A stretch of 64,000 nucleotides of DNA from Mytilus edulis (Eukaryota). Within the stretch, counting starts at the first letter, position 1. Each line of letters starts with the position of its first letter. The notes below the pieces were generated by a model, which searched no databases, was not told the origin of the DNA, and saw nothing but the letters and a program-made list of their open reading frames with translations. Shown here piece after piece: positions 33,601 to 45,964 of this stretch. Both the position numbers and the translations under genes were made by a program. Location: contig NC_092344.1 in assembly GCF_963676685.1 (NCBI RefSeq), forward strand, positions 95,542,001 to 95,606,000, read 5' to 3'.

Positions 33601-36600
33601 TCAATACAGCGAAAATATCCACACCCATGATAGGCTATAGGATTATTTTGGGGGCTTCTGCAAACGAACTGATTTTAAGATGATGATGACGTATATAAGT
33701 TGGACGTGCGATAAAAAATTTCTTTAAACACCTTCAGTTGCTTTAATTCGCAGGACGAGTTATTAGACATGCTAACAGAAAAGGAAATAGTTCATGCGAA
33801 GGCTGTGTTCTCTCACATGGATGACGATGGCGATGGTCTAGTGACACATACCAAAGCTTTGACGGCATACAGAAACTGGTACAAAAGATTAGATGTGTCA
33901 GTATTTAGAATTTAATGTATTGCATTTTTTAAAGCGATTTATGAATATGAATATTTTTTTAGAAAATATTTTTTTTGGGGATTAAATGTGATAATTAGTG
34001 AACGTTGACGATGTTTTAGTTAGTTAATTAATCAATCAATATACTTCTGTAAACATCCCCATGTGAATGGATTCACCAGTTATAAGAAGGTTACAAGAGC
34101 GCAATTATCTGTACATTTTACCGGCATTTTTTTTAAGATGGTACTCAGAATAGAATCCTATTCTGCTTCTGATTGGATGATACAGGATTGGAATTACATT
34201 TTATTGAAAGCTTATCCAATTAGGTTTAAAAAATTCAGAAAATCATATTCGCATTTTACAAAGTATAGAAAATATCTTCCATTTCTGCACGTCGGACCTT
34301 TTAAAAATATGCATTTTTTCATTGATCAAAAAAACATATACGATCTTTGTCAACTGCATTTTAGTCAATTTTTGCCGCATGACCATATATATATATTTTT
34401 GGTTAAAATACAAAACTGGCATCTGTAGTAATAGGAACTGCTACCCGTTTTTTCCTAGTTTGTGTAGTCTTCGAGGGAAAACAAATACGGAACACCAGTG
34501 ATTCCCTATGTAATGGAAAATGCATGACGAATAATTGCGCTCTTGAAACAGAAACAAAAAGAAAAAAGACACAGTTGTCTTTCTTTGGAGCTTATAGTCT
34601 CAGCAGGGTCAGTGTGACAACTTTGTTTGGTTCTAGCAAACAATATTTATGCATTGCTTAAATACGTGTTTGTCAAACTAAATGTCGAACGTTTAATTAG
34701 TAATTTTAAAGAATTGTTAGCACTTAAAATTCTGTTGATATACATGTACATATATTAAAGTACAGTTTTGAGCATATCAGAATTTTGAGATTGAAAAAAT
34801 ACCTCCCAAGAAATTCTAAACATACGAATTTATGATATGCAAGCTTTGAGAAATATATGCCTATACACGTAAAAAGACTTAATTACGTAAACATCAGAGA
34901 AAACATACACATTGTAGTCACAGAAACAGATTAGCATCTTTATATTACCATGCCGGTATTAGAATAAATATGATTTAAAATATCAGCAACACTTTTCATC
35001 TATAAATATAAAGTATGTAGTCTTTATTTCATACAGAACAGACTCGTCGACTTTAAATCTTCATGCAGATGTAGCTGCGCAAATGGTAATGGAACATGAC
35101 AAGAAAAACAAAGGGTATGTCAAGTAGACTTTATAGCTGACTATGCGGTATGGGCTTTGCTCATTGTTGAAGGCTGTACGGTGACCTAAAGTTGTTAATG
35201 TCTGTGACATTTTGGTCTCTTGTGGACAGTTGTCTCATTGGCAATCATACCACATCTTTTTTTTTATATTGATATGATACAACAAGTCTTAATATCAATT
35301 ATCAGCCTGATACCTTTGATAACTATTAACACCACTGGGACGATGCCACTGCTGGTAGACGTTTTGTCCCCGAGGGTATCACTAGCCCAGTAGCCATCAC
35401 TTCGATGTGACAGGAATATCAATTGTTTAGTCATTTTTATAAATTTACTGGTTGGAAAAGTATAAATTATTCGAAATACTTTTCTTATCCCAGGCATATA
35501 TTACCTTATCCGTATTTGGCACAACCTTTTTGGAATTTTGGGTCTTCAATGCTGTTCAACTTTGTAATTGTTTTGGCTTTCAAACATTTTTGATCTGAGC
35601 GTCACTGATGAGACTTGTGTAGACAAAACGCGTGTCTGTCGTATACAATTATAAGCCTGGTACCTTTGATAAGTATTGGATACTTAAGGCGCTTATTGCA
35701 TTTTAATATCTGCATGGCTTTTCTGTTAAAAATATCTGAAATGAAAACATTGAAAACAGTTACAACTAAAATATGACCAGATCATAGGTCGATTAGAGTG
35801 CATTTCTGTATTTGAATGAAGTAAATATAAGCAAAGGACAGCCATACACTGTACCACACAGGTTTATTTTAAAATGAAACTAGAAGAATGACTATGTGCG
35901 TAGGTTATTGAAATCAGATCACTGATTGGCATAAAACGAAACTTTCATTTACAAAGGAGTAAGTACTTTTGCTTACTTTTGCAGTTTAAATTAAAAAAAA
36001 AAGGTTTTAAACTTTTATTTTTTCCTACCTCACATAAACACTTTTGACCAAAACTTAAACAATTTATTTGCCAACCTACTGCAATTTTTTTTTTTGAAAT
36101 GGAGGAAACATATATTGTGAAGTATAGGATAATGGTGTCAACTTTAATACTGCACCATTGTGTTTAATTTATTCATAGTATGACGATTCGATTAAACACA
36201 ATGATTGTACTTATTCCAATATTAAAATAGCAATATAAATATTTGAAGAGGAATGCTAGCCCCTTGTCCTAGCTCCGCGCCTATGCGCGATTTAATAGAA
36301 TTCAAAACTTCATACTTGCACCACTGACATAGTTACTCGGTATGTAACTTGCACATTTAATTGTGAATGTTTGAACTAATTTTATGATTGCTCAACCTTC
36401 TAAATATACACCAAATCAATCAGCTGAATAACAAAATTTAGAGGATAACACAGAATAAAAACAAATCGATAAAAACTTAAGAGGCGACAAAAGCACGGCA
36501 ACTCGAAACACATGCTTGCATTAACTGAATTAAAGCAATGGTCAAAATAATACACCTAATTCGAATTCGATTCGCATTAATAATTAGTTTAATTCGCATT

Positions 36601-37036
36601 CGAAACGTTTAACGTCATTACGTCAATTCTAATTCGAATTGCAATGTGCGTCAAATTCACTTTACTGTCCGAATGACGTTAACTTTTAATTCGTATTAAC
36701 AAAAATGTATTTCTAATGCGCATTGGATAGTTCGAATTAGCCAATTCGAATCAATTCGAAAGATGAGTGTGTGAACGCGATTAGCGAATTCGATTCGAAT
36801 TGAATTTGAATTAAATTTACGTGTGAACGAGGCATAATATACTTTTTTCGTTTTATTTTTCAATCATGCCTTCTTATACTCTAATATAAATAAAGCACTG
36901 CACACACTATCATTAACACTTCATTTTATGAGTGACATGGCTATACCAAATAATTTTTTTTTGTAGAACCGTAACCTGGGTTGAATTCCTGACTGGACAA
37001 GCCTTGTATATAGTTTGTGGAAGACCTAATTTATAA
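30460..37036 (+). CDS. PHF24: PHD finger protein 24-like (PHD + EF-hands), 7 coding exons, 334 aa
   Basis: Exons 30460-30696, 31389-31598, 32632-32710, 32977-33164, 33754-33896, 35037-35114, 36967-37036 total 1005 nt, all GT-AG and in phase. The motifs DEYCFVC, PCRVCTRAFH, GWSC, LLTDKE, EFLSHES, LTEKE and C-terminal VTW.EFL...ALY...RPN match my recollection of the PHF24/GINIP family. Confidence 0.9.
31389..31598 (+). CDS. PHF24: PHF24-like exon 2, PHD finger
   Basis: CFVC..PCRVC..FHKKC..WSCYKC. Confidence 0.9.
32632..32710 (+). CDS. PHF24: PHF24-like exon 3
   Basis: VNLSHLLTDKETSTLFEIFDEIDTNG. Confidence 0.9.
32977..33164 (+). CDS. PHF24: PHF24-like exon 4, EF-hands
   Basis: DSYISQEEF...DTDKDGRINWWEFLSHES. 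Confidence 0.9.
33754..33896 (+). CDS. PHF24: PHF24-like exon 5
   Basis: DELLDMLTEKEIVHAKAVFSHMDDDGDGLVT; gtcagt donor. Confidence 0.85.
35037..35114 (+). CDS. PHF24: PHF24-like exon 6
   Basis: HADVAAQMVMEHDKKNKG; symmetric phase 2. Confidence 0.8.
35297..35677 (+). mobile_element. Retrozyme-like monomer with 31-bp direct terminal redundancy; hammerhead G12A
   Basis: aattat(c/a)agcctg(a/g)tacctttgataa(c/g)tatt at 35297 and 35647 (offset 350); CTGATGA at 35605, AAAAC at 35625. Confidence 0.85.
36555..36836. repeat. AATTCG/CGAATT motif array ending in a Harbinger-like terminus
   Basis: Repeated aattcgaatt; ends gtgtgaacgaggcata. Confidence 0.6.
36967..37036 (+). CDS. PHF24: PHF24-like terminal coding exon
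   Basis: TVTWVEFLTGQALYIVCGRPNL*. Confidence 0.85.
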
Positions 37037-40000
37037 TGTCTGCTGATTTGTGATTCAGTAATTTTTTTAACGCAATTTTCAAAATCACAGAATTTTTCAA
37101 ACGACATAATTACCATAACCGTATACAACTACATAAATGAACAGAAAAGACAGCCAGACATCAGAAAGCTATCTAGTCATCACAGGCTATTATGAAGATA
37201 TCTAATACTTTATTACTAGTGTGCGTTTCTATGTTTTGATTACTCACATTATATAGAATTATAGAATAGCTAAACGATTCTTTGAAGCCAACTGCCATCA
37301 TATGCAACATCCCAATGGTGGCGTTCATTCTCCCTACGTCATCCGCCGTCGTCTGCTTCACATGTTTCGTTTTTTGTTTCATCTATGTGGACATATTTTT
37401 AAAGAACTATCAATTTAAGTTAATTACACTGTATAGAGGAACGTCTGTCTGTGACAGGGTTAAACTCAAGGATCACAATTGGTTCCGTCCATTAAGCTAC
37501 ATGACTGAAACATCTATTAAACGCAGGACAGGAGATTTCGTCTTCATTGCAGTAGTTTCAACATAAATATTAAACAGGTTTATTTACCAGACAGTTTTAT
37601 AGAAGGTTAAACCCATACTAAGTTTCTCAATATCTCTATTGCAGTATTCTTCATATCTTTCTGATTTTGGAGAGATTCTTTAATGTTGTACTTGACCGTA
37701 GACAAATCTCTAATCAACCTCTTAATGAACAAAAATGAATGTAGCTGAATTTTTTATCCTATAATCCTATAACATAATAGGATACAACATATATTGCTTT
37801 TATTCAACATATGTACGTATATGTATAAAAGCTGATCCTAATAAAGAAAATTCATATTATATACATTTTTTTTTAATTTTAAGAAATAGAAAAGTTGATT
37901 TGACACAAGTTTTAACAACATTAGAGACGTCCTCGCCCTATAAATGTTTTATATATTTATGTCTTCTCTTGATGAATGATTGATCAGAATACAAAAATGT
38001 TTTTTTTTTATAATGCAAGTTCTTGGTCATATTTGTACTTGTATATCCGCCATCAGTACAGGTTAACTGAGGCCAATGCCAAAGCAATTGTTGTATGGCG
38101 CCTTTAGATCCCAAATAGCGACAGGACCTATTAAATGTAACACAAACAAATGCCTTAACAATATAATAACCTCTAAATGATCATGGTTTTATACAGACTG
38201 TATGGGGATTGAATACCAGAAAAGAGAGGTAGGAGATACATAAAAAATGCAAACAGTAATTCACAAAACACTGCAAAGAAAACTTAAGATTTTGGAAGAA
38301 GGATTCTTTTATACACAAAAGGCGCCCGATGAAAAGTTGACATTCAACAAAATCATGACTGTAGAAGAGAGAATTTTCGAAGAATTAAATTCCGATATGG
38401 AAAGTAACGCAGTTCTAATCACGTTAAGTTTTATAAATGATTGATTTGAACGTTAGAAAATTAGGTTTCATGTATTATAATTTTAAAATAAAACAAAGAC
38501 AAGTAAGATGAACAAACAAACATCTTGTAATATCATACAGTAGGTTGAATTACACCAAGTTTACAACAATACCAGTAATAAGATTTCGAATCATTTTCCA
38601 GTACCGATACTGGTCACCTTTTTACCGATTACCGCATCCCTTCAAATTGCAATATACTTCTATGGTACACTGGAGTGAAATATCCTGGGTAATCCTGTAA
38701 CTTGATTGGTTATCTTGATAGGGTATATGAGCCCATATATCCAGTGAACGGAATGAAGGATCAGAATTGAAATTTATATTGTAATCAGGACGCTCCAGTG
38801 TAATACAATTGCCAAGTTATTTGTGCCTCACGGGATGTGGGACCACATTCCATGCAAGTGCCTGATATCCTCATCGACTGGCAGCTCATTATATATAACA
38901 CACAGACAAGAAATATGTGCAATATCCCTTTTAAATAATCCGTATAACATATAGTATCCCTTCACATTGCGATTATTACTCTGTATCCCTCATTGTAAGA
39001 CCTCTAGCTGTTAATACACAAATCCACAGTTACCCGTAGCCCTTGTAGGACACCGGAATATCAAAATTTAAAAAAATTATTAAGCTTTTAAATTAAAAGA
39101 AGGACAATTAAGTTATTAAATCTGATATGTTTTGACGATAAAATCAGTGAATTAATGTACATAAATTCATGTTTTGTCACCTGTTTTAGTTAAAATATGA
39201 TTTTACACGTGACACGTTCCTTGTTTAAAGTAAGTTAACATAACTGTTCTTGTTAATATGTCACGAAAAGAAGACTTATTGTCTTTGTTTCGATGTTGAA
39301 AGCCACACAACACGTTTAGTCTGAGGTAAGTTTATCTATTTTCAAAACATTTAAAAATGAATGCAAGGTGCAACATGGCATTTATAAACATTTATGCACA
39401 ATTTGTTTAAATAAATTGCATATATCTTTTTAAAAATATTAAAATGAATATTAACGAAAGCTTGCCAGTAAGCTTAATATTTGTTTAACTAGCGATACTT
39501 TGTAAAGTGAAGTTACGCACACTATAAGTTAGGAAACGTTGAAGAAATTGATTTAAAAGTCATATGAAACAAGTTTCTTGTCACTATAATACTGTGGATA
39601 TTATTGAATTAGAACCAATGCAAGCATTTATAGTGAACTAAGTCCTATATCCACGTTTTCTTACATTTATAGACGAACCTTTTACGTAGTTTGAACCAAT
39701 GATGTTTCTTCGGTAATTGTTGATCGCAAGCTTATTAACTTCGACTTTGTTACCGAGGTTTACCGGATCGTAATCAATCAAAATGAATACAAATCTCATG
39801 TAAAAGTACACTGATAGAGCCATATTTTTTCAATTTTCCAAGCGTTCCCAAATGTTAATTTAACTTTTCTTAACAGTTAATAATTCAAAAACATTTAGCA
39901 TACTTAATTTGTTCATTAAGAATCCTTCCAGGGAATGTTTGTTCCATCGCCGTTTTCACCTTGCGCCATGCGGTGGCAAAAATTTCAACGACAGGTCTCG

Positions 40001-40224
40001 TTGTGAACTCAGTGCATACAGGAAATGTCGGGAATTATAGTACGGGGAAGACGATAATGTAATTGCAGTACATTTATGAAAATGTTGATATTTTAAAAGG
40101 ATTGTTTTTTACGTGGAAGTTCACATACATTTGTTTTAAAGTTAAACTTAGTTATATCAAGCACATTCAATATTTCTTGTTTCCCATTACAATAAGAATG
40201 ATAAGAAAAGGTGATATGTAAACT

Positions 40225-40255
40225 CTGAGACTACTATATGTTATAGTAGTCTCAG
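40225..40255. mobile_element. 31-bp hairpin mini-element with 7-bp TSD
   Basis: ctgagactactata-tgt-tatagtagtctcag flanked by gtaaact on both sides; second copy at 3017-3076. Confidence 0.7.
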
Positions 40256-41924
40256 GTAAACTGTATATATTCAATTGGCCTATCAAGCATCATGAGATTA
40301 TATTACGACATTTCCATTGGCTATTCGTTAGTTCACAGAAGACTTCCAAAGGTAAAGACGATGTAATTTCGTCCCTGACCGGAAGTAGCCGTCCGGTAGT
40401 AAAATCCTTGCATTGGAATGTGCGAGTATGTAGACATGCACTGTCGAAATGATGAGTTTAAATCTGAAGCTATGTGAAGGAATAGTGGTATGGTGGTTGC
40501 ATATTGAAGGGCTATTACAATAACTTTTCGAGGGTTTCAAACATAACTTATTTCAAGGTCAAATATCTTGCGCTTCCTAACAAACCCTCTTAGCTCAGTG
40601 CACTCCAAATTTCCAGCTCTTCATCTCAATCAACAAACTTTGCAAAAATACTTATCTAAACTGACATTTTATTTTGTCTTGAATATTCATGATATATTTT
40701 AAACTGATCTTTACACAAAAAAATCAATTACTAATATCTAATTCTGTGCTAATTGACGTATTGGTATAAACATAGAAAATATACACAAGATAAAAAAATA
40801 AAAAGCTATTCTAAGTTATAATTCTATATATAAATCTATAAGTTATATAACGCCAGTATCTGTATAGAGTTGTTTTTCAAAATGAAGTTCTTTAATCCAC
40901 ACTTTAAATAGAAGCCAAAGATACCAAAAGGGTACTTCAAACCCATTAACCGGAAAACCAATGGCAAACACTGTACTCTTGGTTTAACATAGAAATACGC
41001 GAGGATAAAGAGTAAATGCATTAACGAGACCAGCTAACGAATAATTATTTGGGGTTTTATATTGTACCGGTACCCTCAACCTTTATTTGTTATATAACAA
41101 GAGAAAAATTTAAAATATTGAACTCATCCGACTTTCTATATCAAGAGATTTGAAAATAAAGAGTTAGTCTTATCGTTTCCTGATCATTTGCTCTTTTATC
41201 ATACACCATTTAGGGTAAGCTATTTTAAGTTCCAACAAAGATGAAATACAGATTACAGGGTGAATTGTTTGAATCCGGTATTGTCTTTCCTGATCCAAAA
41301 TTTACTTCCTTGTACAAAGTTTTTGTGTACCTGATATAGACTTTACTGCACTGGTAAGGCAATCTGGTGCATGATAGATGTTTATAATTGCAAATCATTA
41401 TTTAACTTGATACTCATGATATAAAAAGTAAAATCACAAAAATACGGATCTTCTTTTTTATATGAACTCTGAGGTAAATTCAAAAGGAAAAGTATCTAAT
41501 CAAATTGCAAAATCAAAAGCCCAAACACATCAAACGAACGGAAAACAACTGTCATATTCCTGACTTGGTACATACATTTTCTTATGTAGAAAATGGGAGA
41601 TTAAACCTGAATCTATATCTAGCTAAAACCTCTCACTTGTATGAGAGTCGCATCAAATTCAATTATATTGGCAACGATGTGAGAACATAACAAACAGACA
41701 CAAAAATATCATAGAGACAAATCATGGGCTTTGCTCATTGTTGAAGGCCGTACAGTGACCTATAGTTGTTAATTTCTGTGTCAGTTTAGTCTCTTGTGGA
41801 CAGTTGTCTCATTGGCAATCATAACACATCTTCTTTTTTACATTAACAAAAATGAAAGACAAAAATACGAAAGAATGATAGCGTTCTTGGTAAATCGGAA
41901 ATTGTCTCCCTACAATAAGTACAC

Positions 41925-42192
41925 TATGTTAAAGTTATGCATTCTGGTTTGTCCGTCCTTTCGTTCGTCCGTCCGTCCGTTTATCTGTCCCGCTTTAGGT
42001 TACAGTTTTTGGTCAATGTAGATTTTGATGAAGTTATTAAAGTCCAATCAACTTGAAACTTTATACACATCCCTGTGATATTATCTTTCTACTGTAAATT
42101 AGAGTTTTCACCCCATATTTCACGACCCACTGAACATAGAAAATGATATCGATAGTGGGACATTCGTGTACTATGGGCACATTCTTGTTTAT
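41925..42192 (+). mobile_element. Helentron-associated (DINE/HINE-like) element
   Basis: (GTCC)n microsatellite near 41950-41980, core block, end in a T-run. Confidence 0.55.
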
Positions 42193-44298
42193 TACTAAAT
42201 TTCGGCATGAACACTCAAAACGAAATCTTTGAAAGCTCAGTAAAAATTCACGAACTAAATAATCATAGAACAGTAAAATCAAAATATTATACGGCGAAAT
42301 TTATCAAAGTGAACCAGAACAGTATTTTTTAAACCTTTAAAGTCATTAAGAGAAAGCTTGTAAAAATCAAGTCAGTATCAAAGCACTGCTAACTTAAAGA
42401 TGAAACCCGGCTACTATTATTTTAAGTGTTTTGTTAGCAGAGTTGTGGTATTCTATAAACTTAATGATAAGTAATAATAATACTAGTAGATCATCCTATG
42501 ATCAGTTTCAGGAGATTGGCATGGTACATGCACGTTAATCTATTGCAATAAATCCGAGAGTATCGAACGAGACTTATTTGAAAGCCAAATGGTTTACTCT
42601 TCTTACGCACTATGTGTTCAGAAGAGACACTTTAAATTCGGATGAAAGGGTCCAGAATGCATGTTCCCTTATGGAGCGACATAAATGGTTTATTGCATAG
42701 TTTTGGGTCCCCATGCTCCCTTTTTCAAACTACTGGCAAATTTTTTTTCCTTTAACTGTTTTTTAATTTTGTTCTAAATACGCTTGAAATATTTGTCGCT
42801 GAACAAGCGAAAACGATACAATTACAGAGGAGGTAATGACGTTGCTAAAGTGAAATGTTGTTTTCGCGACGTCAAACTTTGACATATCGGGAAAAGATTC
42901 ATTTTTTTGAAGATCATTTGTACCAATTTTCATAAAAAAGTCAATAGTACATTTTTTTTCATTTGATAAACAGTCAGCAAAAGCTATTTTCTTCTAAATT
43001 TATGAACATTTGATAAAAAATAGTTATTTCTACGAAAAAATGCACAAATTTATAGGATAGTTATATAAAAAAGTTATTACAAATAATTAAACAAAAAAAA
43101 CAGCTTGTGTTTATCTTTTAAAACAAAAAAGTTATGTTATTCTTACGAAAGGAAAAATACGTCATTAAATCCGAATTTTAAACAAATATCTGTAATTTCG
43201 ACCTTATTTTATACAACAATTGACACATGAAAGTATTTTGTATTACATATTTGAATTAATCTGGCAAAAAATAGCCTACATGCAAATTTTCATCAAAATT
43301 TTAATATAGGATCAAAACTGTATCGTATGCCGTTTTAAAGAAACAATCAGAAACCTAGCTATGCTCATTTGCGTATATATCGTGGCATTAACACAGAAAA
43401 TAGAAACCATGTTAAAGAATTAAATCATATTTTACGGTCATGTTATAGGAGTTTACAAATAAATTATACATATGAGGAACTCAGTACCTGCAGATAAAAA
43501 GTTGTTTATTACGTTTTGTATATAGATGTTTTCTTATTTCCTATAAGTTAAGAGTTTTTTTTTGTTATTGAGTTGTGAACCTTGAACTTTGTAAATTATA
43601 TAACAAGAGAAAAATTACAATTGAAACATTTTTATATCTTTATAGATTAAAAACAAGTTTAGACATCCTTTCCTGATTATTTTCTCTTTCTAAATAAAAC
43701 CACTTCAAGTAAGCTATTTCAAGTAATAACAAACAAAATCCGGATAACTGGTTAAATTGCTTAATTCCGCCTTAGTCTTTGCTGTCATCCAAATCACTTC
43801 CTTATGAAAACTATTCGTGTGCCTGAATTCAATTGTAAGTTTGTAATTTGTTCTTGACAGATGTTTCACTAGCAAATCATTGTTGAAATTTATATTATGA
43901 AAGCGGAAATATTGTCGTTTTAATAGGTAAGCAGTAATGCAAGAGTTAGTGTAAAATGAAAATAATATTTTGTATATACAAAACGCCGGGGATGGAAACT
44001 TACTGTGCCCGATTGTAAGGATTTTACTAGCGGAGTCGTATAATATTAGTAGTCTTTCATTATTGAAGAATATTGTGTATGCCCGAATTTATTTCTAAAA
44101 CCAGAGTAATGTGGAAAATCATGAAACATATAAACACGTAAAGCATAGGCTTTATTTGATAAAAGTGAATTATTTTAGGTGGTACATCATTTATATTTTA
44201 ATCTGTAGAAATTCTAACAGCAACCGATAGTTTCAAATAGATGTACACTGATGATCATATGGTGTACTGTCTCGACTCTGTAATCGTTTCTATATAAA

Positions 44299-45351
44299 CT
44301 AGAACACACCCGCGAAATCGCGGGCATTCAGAGCGTAGTTTAAAGTATGTAAAGTGTTGTTGGAAGAATTTTGTGAAATATTGAATGACTGGAGAATTTC
44401 AGCAAAATTATCATAAATCATAGGTTATTGGGGACAGGAAAATGTTTTTTTTTTAATCCCTCCTCCTTTATTTCCAAAATTCCCAATGTGTGGTTTTCTA
44501 TCGATTTCAATATGAATATACATTTAGTATGTTATGAACATTTAAGTAAGTAGCCTGTACTTCAGTGGTTGTCGTTTGTTTATGCGTTACATATTTGTTT
44601 TTCGGTCATTTTTTGTACATAAATAAGGCCGCTAGTTTTCTCGTTTGAATTGTTTTACATTTTCATTTCGGTGCCTTTTAAAGCTGAGTATGCGGTATGG
44701 TCTTTGCTCGTTGTTTAAGGCCGTACGATGACCTATAGTTGTTAATTTCTGTGTCATTTTGGTCTCTTGTGGAGAGTTGTCAACATGGCAATCATACCAC
44801 ATCTTCTTTTTTTTGTAATCAATGAATTTTGTAAAAGATTTAATGACTGGAGAATTTCAGAAAAGGTATCAAAAGTGCACATGAATAATTTTAGCGCTTA
44901 TCTGTATATTATGAACATTCACTATATAAATAAAGTGTATTTACTTTCAATTCTAAGTTTTCTAATCGATCCATGGTGGTCATTGATATAGTATACAGAC
45001 CCTCTCTATTTAATAAACTCTGTGACCACCGTGGATAGTAAACTTGAAAATGGTAGCAGATAGAATTCTGAAAATACACTTTATTCGTAGTATATGTATG
45101 TTCAAAGTATACAGAAAAACGCAAACAGGAAGTATAATCTGACTTAAAATTTTGTCCAATGACGGGACAATATTCGGATGCCCTTTTTCTCGATTTTCTC
45201 ACAAAATAACTCAATCTGAATAATCATATGAATGGATGACAAATGCGACTATGCACTGTACCTATTAGGACACAGAGGCGTGTTGATTAATTTATTGTGG
45301 AAAGAAGAGAAGCAACACCCAAAATGAGGTCTTCTCGTTTAATAGTATAGA
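44299..45351 (-). mobile_element. Non-autonomous Helitron
   Basis: Minus strand A|TCTATACTATTAA 5' end; 3' GC hairpin cccgcg-attt-cgcggg followed by CTAG|T; no TSD. Confidence 0.8.
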
Positions 45352-45964
45352 TATGTTCAAAACAGTAAACAAATTATAATCTATAATAGAACAAACGAAG
45401 GAAAATTTTCTGCAAATATTCAATCAGTTGGCCGAAAAAAACCCCCAACTACAAGATAAAAAGTAAATAAATAGATAAATCACCACGTCTCTCACAGAAC
45501 ATATATATATTAAGGTATTCTAAACTAGTTTTGGAAAGGAACCTATTGTGAATAGGTAATTAGAATTATCATACTTCACGTTAACATGCCATATTTTGAT
45601 TGTTTAATACGAGGGTGTTAATTTACTTTGGCACATTTCATTAGTTTTAAAATTTATATAAGTTTTGGCTAAAATAATGTAATGATGTATTAGTATACTA
45701 TAACTAGCAGCAGAACAAACTATCTCACGAACAGACATTCAGTTATAATTGTTAAATAATAAGGCGCATATGTTCCAGAAACGTACAGATAGTTATTTTT
45801 ATGTGTCGGTCCCGAATCAGGTATTTCAGTGGTTGTCGCTTGTTGCTGTATATCATATTTATTTTTCGTTAATTATATTGTACATAAATGAAGCCGTTTG
45901 TTTTCTAGTTTGAGTTGTTTTACATTTGTCATTTTCGTGGCCTTTTATAGCTGAAAATGCGATA

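Noticed and set aside
37265-37385. Minus-strand VAYDGSWLQR resembling a Mutator-like transposase DGSW motif
   Set aside because: One short motif with an in-frame stop upstream and no other transposase motifs.
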